From positions 120,001 through 152,000 of the forward strand of contig NC_020304.1 in NCBI RefSeq assembly GCF_000341395.1: a stretch of DNA of 32,000 bases. The letters are read 5' to 3'. Origin of the DNA: Desulfocapsa sulfexigens DSM 10523 (GTDB lineage Bacteria; Desulfobacterota; Desulfobulbia; Desulfobulbales; Desulfocapsaceae). This document shows positions 25,746 to 32,000 of the stretch, piece by piece. The position numbers and the translations under genes were made by a program. The notes under the pieces are model-generated. The model searched no databases. It was not told where the DNA came from and saw only the letters and a program-made list of their open reading frames with translations. The first letter of the stretch is position 1, and each line of letters starts with the position of its first letter.

Positions 25746-27898
25746 TACACGTTCTTCAATTTATCATCAAGTAAACGCCTGACCGTCCGGGCAAGGATTT
25801 CCTTGCTCACAGGCTTTTCGATAAAACTTTTTATTCCAAGTGAACACACCTCATCCTCGGACAGAGCAGACGTATATCCTGTACAGAGAATTACAGGTAA
25901 ATCGGGCCTTACGGCAAGCATGGCCTGTGCCAGTTCGACACCGGTCACATCTGGCATGGTCTGATCGGTGAACACCAGGTCAAAGGAATCAGGAGATGCA
26001 AGAAACAGCTTCAATGCTGCTGTACTCCGCATCTCTGTGACCACACTGTACCCGAAGCCGTTCAGATAGATCTCAGTAACATCCAGAAGGTCCGGTTCAT
26101 CATCTACAACAAGTATTCTTTCATTGCCCATCGGGAGCTGAGTAGTCTCTTCAGAGGTGGACACAAGAGTCAGATTCTCCTGAACCTCAGGAAGGTACAC
26201 ACTAAAACAGCTCCCCTCTCCTGAACAACTCTCCACCTGAATAAAACCATGTATGTCCTCCACAATACCATGAATCACAGCTAGTCCAAGTCCCGTCCCC
26301 TCTCCCTTTTCCTTGGTAGTGAAATATGGCTCGAAAATTCGTGCTATGGTTTCCTCACTCATACCGTTGCCAGTGTCTTTCACCCTTAACAGTACAAAGA
26401 AACCTGCATCCACCAGTGGTTTGTCCGCAACCTGTTCAGCACTCAAACACACCCGATCCAGACTCACCTCCAGGATTCCCTTGGCGTTACCAATGGCCTG
26501 TGAGGCATTTGCACAAAGATTCACCACAATCTGATGGATACTCGTCGGGTTGGCGAGAACCGTCCCGTTTTCAGAGCGGACATTCGTTCGTATATCTATG
26601 GTGGTGGGCAATGAGGAGCGGAGCATTTTAAGCGCTTCTTTAACAATCAGATGGACATGTAAAGGTTCTTTTTTTTGTTCATTTTTCCTGCTGAAGGTAA
26701 GTATCTGCCTGACGAGTTCTGTGGCCCGCTTCCCAGCCAGTAAAACCTGGTTAATGTTTTCCTTTGCATTACTGCCTGTCGGAAGATCCATTTTTGTGAT
26801 TTCAGCATATCCGATGATTGCTGAAAGGATATTATTGAAATCGTGGGCAATCCCACCCGCCAGGGTACCAACTGCTTCCATCTTTTGAGCCTGATGCAAC
26901 TGATCCCTCAATTCGGCGTTTGTTTTTTCAGCGGCAAGCCTTCCGGTGATATCCCGACTCACTCCTTGATATCCTGCAAATACTCCTTCACTGTCAAAAA
27001 TCGGCTGACCTGACACCTCAACCATAACGGGATACCCATTTTTATGTTTTACTTCGAGCACTCTATCCTTAAAAGAAATACCCCATCTCGTGTAATGAAC
27101 CAAAAGCCCTTTATCTTTTACTGCATCATTCTCCCACAAAAAATCGCGATGGGAAAACCCTTTCACTTCCTCTGGCTCATAGCCCAATATTAGCTGAACT
27201 GAAGGGCTGGTATAGACAAACACACCATCCTTGTCTATTTCCCATACCCAGTCAGAGATATTCTCAATCAAATTCCGAAACCTGTTTTCACTGATCGAGA
27301 GTTCTGACGCCGTATCCAGAACCTTCTCCTTGAGTTGTACATTGAGAGCACGTAATATCTCGCCGGAGAGAGTGTTTCTTCTCTCATAAAATTGTACAAA
27401 AACAAGGGTAACAAGCAGAGGAAGAACACCATAGAAAATATCTGGAGCTGTATAGTTCTTCGCTTCACTGGTTGCACTGAAATATATAACCAGCAACAGT
27501 GACAAACTAAACAGTATGTAGGCCCATTTCTTTTCGGTGAGATAAAACGCCGTAATAATCAGAACCAGAAACCAGCTTATCCCGGCAATATCACTTGACA
27601 AAAACCTGTAGGTCAGGGAGATTATCACTAACGAGACAAACATGATCCAGAGGATGAGTGCCGGGAAAAGCCTTTGGGAACGTCTTGCAAGAAGGGCAAT
27701 AAGGATTGCCAGCGCAATGTAGACAAAGTCCACAGCCCCCTGCAGAGTATTACCGGTTGCAAAACGCAGCAGGCCGGCGATTGAAACAAGAAGCACATTA
27801 CTGCCGATAAGACAGTTGAACAGGATATATTTTAAACGTAACTCATACTCATCTTCGGAGAATTCAAAGCCACTCTGTAAGATATTCAAGAAGTTCAT
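25745..27898 (-). CDS. hybrid sensor histidine kinase: multi-TM N-terminus, PAS, HisKA/HATPase, receiver
   Basis: Several TM segments at the N-terminus, PAS (FRNLIENISDWVWEIDKDGVFVYTSPSVQLILGYEPEE), GTLAGGIAHDFNNILSAIIGYAEI, GEGTGLGLAVIHGIV, receiver RILVVDDEPDLLDVTEI...LVFTDQTMPDVTGVEL...KSFIEKPV. Confidence 0.95.
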   Translation of the reverse strand: MNFLNILQSGFEFSEDEYELRLKYILFNCLIGSNVLLVSIAGLLRFATGNTLQGAVDFVYIALAILIALLARRSQRLFPALILWIMFVSLVIISLTYRFLSSDIAGISWFLVLIITAFYLTEKKWAYILFSLSLLLVIYFSATSEAKNYTAPDIFYGVLPLLVTLVFVQFYERRNTLSGEILRALNVQLKEKVLDTASELSISENRFRNLIENISDWVWEIDKDGVFVYTSPSVQLILGYEPEEVKGFSHRDFLWENDAVKDKGLLVHYTRWGISFKDRVLEVKHKNGYPVMVEVSGQPIFDSEGVFAGYQGVSRDITGRLAAEKTNAELRDQLHQAQKMEAVGTLAGGIAHDFNNILSAIIGYAEITKMDLPTGSNAKENINQVLLAGKRATELVRQILTFSRKNEQKKEPLHVHLIVKEALKMLRSSLPTTIDIRTNVRSENGTVLANPTSIHQIVVNLCANASQAIGNAKGILEVSLDRVCLSAEQVADKPLVDAGFFVLLRVKDTGNGMSEETIARIFEPYFTTKEKGEGTGLGLAVIHGIVEDIHGFIQVESCSGEGSCFSVYLPEVQENLTLVSTSEETTQLPMGNERILVVDDEPDLLDVTEIYLNGFGYSVVTEMRSTAALKLFLASPDSFDLVFTDQTMPDVTGVELAQAMLAVRPDLPVILCTGYTSALSEDEVCSLGIKSFIEKPVSKEILARTVRRLLDDKLKNV

Positions 27899-28088
27899 AC
27901 TTTATCCCACCCGGACTGATCGCCAAGGATATATTACTGCAATACATACAGGAAGAGTGAGTTACAGCGTAACATACATTCTGCACCCAGACGGCCCTCC
28001 CTCTAATCATTTCCACATGCAGGAGCAGAACTCTTTATTCTATGGGATGCACTGTTTATTTGAAAGAAAAAAAACTGCCACAGTAGTA

Positions 28089-28637
28089 TTACAGGAACCA
28101 CGGAACAAACATCCTGCTCCGTTTCATATATGCCCTGTAGGAGGAGCCAAAAAAACGAATATTCTCCTGCTCCTCCACCCTTGCAGCAAGAAAAAGGAAG
28201 GCGCTCACGCCCAAAACCAGTCCCAAGGTTAAGGGCGTAGTATTTTTCAGACATGCCCCCCACCCGAGAAACAGCAGAGAGCTGTACATGGGATGCCGAA
28301 TATACCGATAGAGACCCGTATCAACCACATTGACCGTGTTCTCAAAAGCGTGATTTTCAGGAGTGCCTGGCCGATCCCCGTGGCCACCCCGTTTTTTCAA
28401 CATAATCAGGGCCTGGACAATAAAAGAGATTGAAACCGCCAGCAACAGCCAGGACAGGATATGAAGAGGTGAGCTTGGATCTACAAACCAATAGGGATGA
28501 TTCAACAGAACAAGAACCAGATTCCCTTCAAAGACAAAGAACCTGTAGAAACCGTGCGTTTTGGGATTGAGCAGAGAACGTCTGGAAACGTAAAGAAAGA
28601 AAAGAGTGCCGACAGTAAACAGAATAATTCGGGTCAT
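28089..28637 (-). CDS. integral-membrane methyltransferase, isoprenylcysteine carboxyl methyltransferase-like
   Basis: Hydrophobic N-terminus followed by NVVDTGLYRYIRHPMYSSLLFLGWG...AARVEEQENIRFFGSSYRAYMKRSRMFVPW, the C-terminal ICMT/PEMT pattern. Confidence 0.82.
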   Translation of the reverse strand: MTRIILFTVGTLFFLYVSRRSLLNPKTHGFYRFFVFEGNLVLVLLNHPYWFVDPSSPLHILSWLLLAVSISFIVQALIMLKKRGGHGDRPGTPENHAFENTVNVVDTGLYRYIRHPMYSSLLFLGWGACLKNTTPLTLGLVLGVSAFLFLAARVEEQENIRFFGSSYRAYMKRSRMFVPWFL

Positions 28638-28647
28638 AACACCTCGC

Positions 28648-30135
28648 TCACAAACAGATTTTTTTCCGGAACTCCTCTGGACCCAGGATCAGTTTGACGG
28701 TACTGAATGAACCCATAATAGTACCAATAACACCAGGCGCAACCACATTCTGCCCGGCGAGATACAGCCCCTGAACCGCGGTACGATTGAGCAGAGCAGT
28801 GGCCAGAGTCTGGCTTGAGGACCTTAGAACTCCATAGGCGCTGCCATCCGGGCTATTCACCCAATCGCGTATGGTGAGTGGCGTGTATGCATCCACCATC
28901 TTAAGTCTCTTCAAAGGACCAAACAATTCTTCCGCCTCAGCCACGAGAGCACTGGCCAGTTTATTTTTCGCTTCACCATAACCGGCATCACGTCGTCCTG
29001 TTTTGCTGTCCCTCCAGTCTTCCCAGAGAGCATCATTTCCCGATGTAAGGATTGACAGCAACGTACTGTTTTCAGTTTTGTTTTTTCTAAACTGATAATA
29101 TTTCAGATCTGTAATGTTCCCGTCAACGTCCGTTTCAACCTTAAAGGTATTGTGTGGCACTTCCGGATGCGTATCGGCATCGATACGAGCATGAACCGCA
29201 AAAATAGAGTGGGTATTTTCTAACCGTTTTATACGGTTTCGATATGATGGCTTCACCGCTCCGTCGGGCAGCATTCGTAAAACGACCTGGGGATGTACTG
29301 CCCCTATAACGATAGAGGCCGGCAGGTATTCTCCTGATTCAAGACGCACGCCGCCGACAACTCGTGAATCCACTGCTATACTGCTCACTTCAGCTGAGGT
29401 AATAAGCTTTCCCCCCAGCGCCTTGAAGCGATCGACAAGGACATCTGCCATATGAGCGCCACTCTTTTCCAGACGCCAGGATGAAGAGAGGTAGGAGGCA
29501 AGGGCCATATTATGATAATAGGCAGGACAATCCGCAATCGACACACCTATCCAGGAGGAGGGAATAGCAAGCACACTCCGCAGACCGGGAGAGCAACCAA
29601 GCTGATCCAGAATGTCCCCATAGGGTTCGGTTTGGTCGAGGAGAGAGAAATCTTCCGTTGCATACAAAGCATCAAGAGAGTGCAGTTGTTCGGAACTCTT
29701 TCGAATGGCTGCAACAACGTTTTCAATACAGGACGTTTCAGCAGGAAATGCTTTTCTGAGATTATTTTCGTAGGCATCAAAGCCGACGGGTAAATCAAAC
29801 TGAGGAGGGTGAGTTGCCGGAGCATCAAAGAGGTAGCGATCAATGACACCACTGGTTCCCATAGGTGTGACAGGGATAACATCGCGAACACCAAGATAAT
29901 CAAAAAATTTCCTGAGAACCTGGCCCTTACCGAGAGATCCGAGATAATGTACCCCAACCTCACATTCCATTCCATCCCTGGTATAACTACGGAGTAACCC
30001 CCCGGCCCGTCTGTTTTTCTCAACGACAGTCACATCATAGCCGAGACCGGCAAGGATTATCCCCGAGCTTAAACCGCCGATACCTGATCCGACAATGACC
30101 AGCTTTTCAGCGTCATGCTTCACTCCTGCCCTCAC
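28648..30135 (-). CDS. NAD(P)/FAD-dependent oxidoreductase, phytoene desaturase/carotenoid isomerase-like
   Basis: KLVIVGSGIGGLSSGIILAGLGYDVTVVEKNRRAGGLLRSYTRDGMECEVGVHYLG (Rossmann motif) and C-terminal GLYLAGQNVVAPGVIGTIMGSFSTVKLIL. Confidence 0.88.
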   Translation of the reverse strand: MRAGVKHDAEKLVIVGSGIGGLSSGIILAGLGYDVTVVEKNRRAGGLLRSYTRDGMECEVGVHYLGSLGKGQVLRKFFDYLGVRDVIPVTPMGTSGVIDRYLFDAPATHPPQFDLPVGFDAYENNLRKAFPAETSCIENVVAAIRKSSEQLHSLDALYATEDFSLLDQTEPYGDILDQLGCSPGLRSVLAIPSSWIGVSIADCPAYYHNMALASYLSSSWRLEKSGAHMADVLVDRFKALGGKLITSAEVSSIAVDSRVVGGVRLESGEYLPASIVIGAVHPQVVLRMLPDGAVKPSYRNRIKRLENTHSIFAVHARIDADTHPEVPHNTFKVETDVDGNITDLKYYQFRKNKTENSTLLSILTSGNDALWEDWRDSKTGRRDAGYGEAKNKLASALVAEAEELFGPLKRLKMVDAYTPLTIRDWVNSPDGSAYGVLRSSSQTLATALLNRTAVQGLYLAGQNVVAPGVIGTIMGSFSTVKLILGPEEFRKKICL

Positions 30136-31166
30136 GGTTCACTTTTTTGATTCCGCCAGCAGGTGGGATCGGAGGCAAGATAATCGCCGGTAAGCTGATA
30201 GGCTGCTCCACGGCAGCCGTAACACTCCTCGGCCTTATCGCAGTCCCTGCATTCACCCCTAATCATCTCCCGATAATTCTTGAGATTCTGAATAACTTCA
30301 CTATTCTTCAAAATATGTGCAAGGCTGTTGTTGCGGATATTATCCAAGGGAATGGTCACCCCGACGCAGGGCATCACATCACCGGTTGCGGTCAGGAGGC
30401 AGGACACCTGATGGCGCATACATTTATTCCCGACAAGGGGAGGCTGGGGCTCCCACTCACGACCATACGTTTCCTGGTCAATTGCAGACAGCTCTGCAAA
30501 CAGATTTTTCAATTTTTCAGAATCAACGGTGAGCCAGCTATTTGTAATGGCATTTGCCTGGGGGGTGATCACCTCAAAATAAGGCTCCATTTTCTGGTCT
30601 CGAATCCACTTCCACATCTCGACCAGTTCATCAAAGTTTGTCTGGCAAATCACCGTTGAAAGAGCAAGGAAGAGATCAGAAGAGGGGTACCCTGCAACTT
30701 TCAGATTAGCAAAGGCAGTTTGAATAATATCATAGGCCCCTTCCCTTCCTGCCAGGCGATCCTGTACTTCCCGTTTCATGGAGTTCAGTTTTAATACCAC
30801 CCGGACTTTCAGTTTTGCCAAAAGCTGTGCAAGCTCACCATCCACTCCGGTTCCATTGGTAAACATTTCAATTTGAAAACCATGGTCATCCAGAAATCTC
30901 AGCATCTCAGGAAGATGTGGATAGATACTCGGCTCTCCACCCAGGATAATAATCTTTCTGGCCCCGAGCGCCTTGGCCTGAAGAAGCACATCCTTCAGCT
31001 CATCTTTTGTCAGTTCCCCTCTGCACTCCTTCTTCTCGGGCACATAACAGTATGAACAGCGAAAATTACAGATACGACTGAACTCTATTTCCATTGACAG
31101 GAGCCTGTCTTCGGCCACTGCGTTTTTTATTTCTTCTTCAGTAAATTCAAGATTATATAGCTGCAT
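30132..31166 (-). CDS. radical SAM/SPASM domain protein
   Basis: EFSRICNFRCSYCYVPEKKECRGELT (CxxxCxxC), ILGGEPSIYPHLPEML, and C-terminal Cys cluster CMRHQVSCLLTATGDVMPC...CRDCDKAEECYGCRGAAYQLTGDYLASDPTCW. A 4-nt overlap with the downstream oxidoreductase gene. Confidence 0.9.
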   Translation of the reverse strand: MQLYNLEFTEEEIKNAVAEDRLLSMEIEFSRICNFRCSYCYVPEKKECRGELTKDELKDVLLQAKALGARKIIILGGEPSIYPHLPEMLRFLDDHGFQIEMFTNGTGVDGELAQLLAKLKVRVVLKLNSMKREVQDRLAGREGAYDIIQTAFANLKVAGYPSSDLFLALSTVICQTNFDELVEMWKWIRDQKMEPYFEVITPQANAITNSWLTVDSEKLKNLFAELSAIDQETYGREWEPQPPLVGNKCMRHQVSCLLTATGDVMPCVGVTIPLDNIRNNSLAHILKNSEVIQNLKNYREMIRGECRDCDKAEECYGCRGAAYQLTGDYLASDPTCWRNQKSEP

Positions 31167-31181
31167 ATCATTCTTTTATAT

Positions 31182-32000
31182 TTAATAATCATTTAGATCG
31201 GTAAAAGTATTCATCCGTTCCAGACGTTCTATTTCCCGTTTATAGCGCCCCTGCCACCCATATTTTCTCATCACCCGACGATAGTGCAGTTTCAAAATCG
31301 GCTTAAAGGCAAAGAGCCATATCCATGTCCAGAGCTTTCCCTGTTTTTTTACAGTGTTGGGTGGTTTCCACCAACCAAGCACAATCTGTCGCTGATACCA
31401 GAAGTGGTACTGTAACGCATCTGAGTCAAGAAAGTTAGTCCGAACATTAGCCCAAAGTCCATTATATTTTTTCAGATCTGTCCTATTCGTAACCAGGTCC
31501 AAAGACAAAAGATGCTCACGCATACCCGTTTTGGGATAGGGGGTAATAATCTGGCAATAGGCCGCGTCAGCTCCAATCTCCTTAAAAAACTGGTAATTTT
31601 CCGTAATGGATTCCACATCATCCTCGGGAAACCCAAAGATAAGTCCGCCAATCACCATCATTCCATATTTATGACAGTTATCAATGGCCTTCCTGGAAGC
31701 AGCGACGATATCACCCTTGCCCGCTGCACTGAGATTCTTTTTGGAACCATTTTCTATACCCAGAAAAACAGAGCAAAACCCCGCCGCAGCCATTTTCGCC
31801 ACCATATCTTCCCGCATTGCCATGGTGACACAGTCTGCCTGAACAAAGAACTTCAGCTTTTTATAGCCCCTGGCGATAATGGCATCACAAAGCTCAATTA
31901 CCCGTTTCGGGTTGAGTACCATATTGTCATCGGTGATAAAGATGGAACGTACCTTGCGATTAAAATAGATATCATCAATATCTTCGAGCACCCGGCTTAT
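31182..32000 (-). CDS. radical SAM protein, probably B12-binding type (partial, N-terminus beyond the window)
   Basis: Frame is open to position 32000 (ISRVLEDIDDIYFNRKVRSIFITDDNMVLNPKRVIELC...). Internal-to-C-terminal radical SAM segments such as FCSVFLGIENGSKKNL, MVIGGLIFGFPEDDVESI and ITPYPKTGM. The GTG at 31991 used by the ORF track is not a convincing start. Confidence 0.8.
   Translation of the reverse strand: MSRVLEDIDDIYFNRKVRSIFITDDNMVLNPKRVIELCDAIIARGYKKLKFFVQADCVTMAMREDMVAKMAAAGFCSVFLGIENGSKKNLSAAGKGDIVAASRKAIDNCHKYGMMVIGGLIFGFPEDDVESITENYQFFKEIGADAAYCQIITPYPKTGMREHLLSLDLVTNRTDLKKYNGLWANVRTNFLDSDALQYHFWYQRQIVLGWWKPPNTVKKQGKLWTWIWLFAFKPILKLHYRRVMRKYGWQGRYKREIERLERMNTFTDLNDY

Noticed and set aside
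27816-28232. 138-aa plus-strand ORF spanning the gap between 27898 and 28089
   Set aside because: It overlaps two supported minus-strand genes and has no recognisable features.
1-32000. CRISPR array, transposase, integrase or phage genes
   Set aside because: No regularly spaced repeats, terminal inverted repeats or recombinase/phage protein signatures were seen by eye on either strand.

Overview
This window looks like a stretch of an anaerobic, Desulfobulbales-like deltaproteobacterial chromosome; the taxonomy is inferred from gene style only.

Left minus-strand block (1-4800): an HDOD-domain protein cut by the window edge, an ABC-F ATPase, an Elp3-like radical SAM protein and RNase III (rnc).

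Next come tRNA-Cys(GCA) with a strong intrinsic terminator, a TPR protein, and a cysE-cysK pair.

The most interesting part is a plus-strand run of nine genes (7932-23067). In order they are: a KamA-family lysine 2,3-aminomutase-like radical SAM/PLP enzyme, two D-Ala-D-Ala-ligase-like ATP-grasp proteins, a GNAT-HDAC/acetylpolyamine-amidohydrolase-GNAT triple fusion, a circularly permuted (cp) ATP-grasp protein, a standalone alpha-E protein, a transglutaminase-like/DUF2126 amidoligase fusion, a cp ATP-grasp-alpha-E fusion, and a second transglutaminase-like protein. Together these carry about five predicted amide-bond-forming domains plus beta-amino-acid-forming, acetylating, deacetylating and thiol-peptidase-like activities. 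This suggests an uncharacterised pathway for a peptide or amide conjugate, possibly containing beta-lysine. Several component associations (cp ATP-grasp/alpha-E/transglutaminase) are known from comparative genomics. The merged architecture and product are the part worth pursuing.

Right minus-strand block (23124-32000): two tandem related hybrid histidine kinases, an ICMT-like methyltransferase, a phytoene-desaturase-like oxidoreductase, a radical SAM/SPASM protein and a truncated radical SAM protein.

I saw no CRISPR array, rRNA or mobile element.
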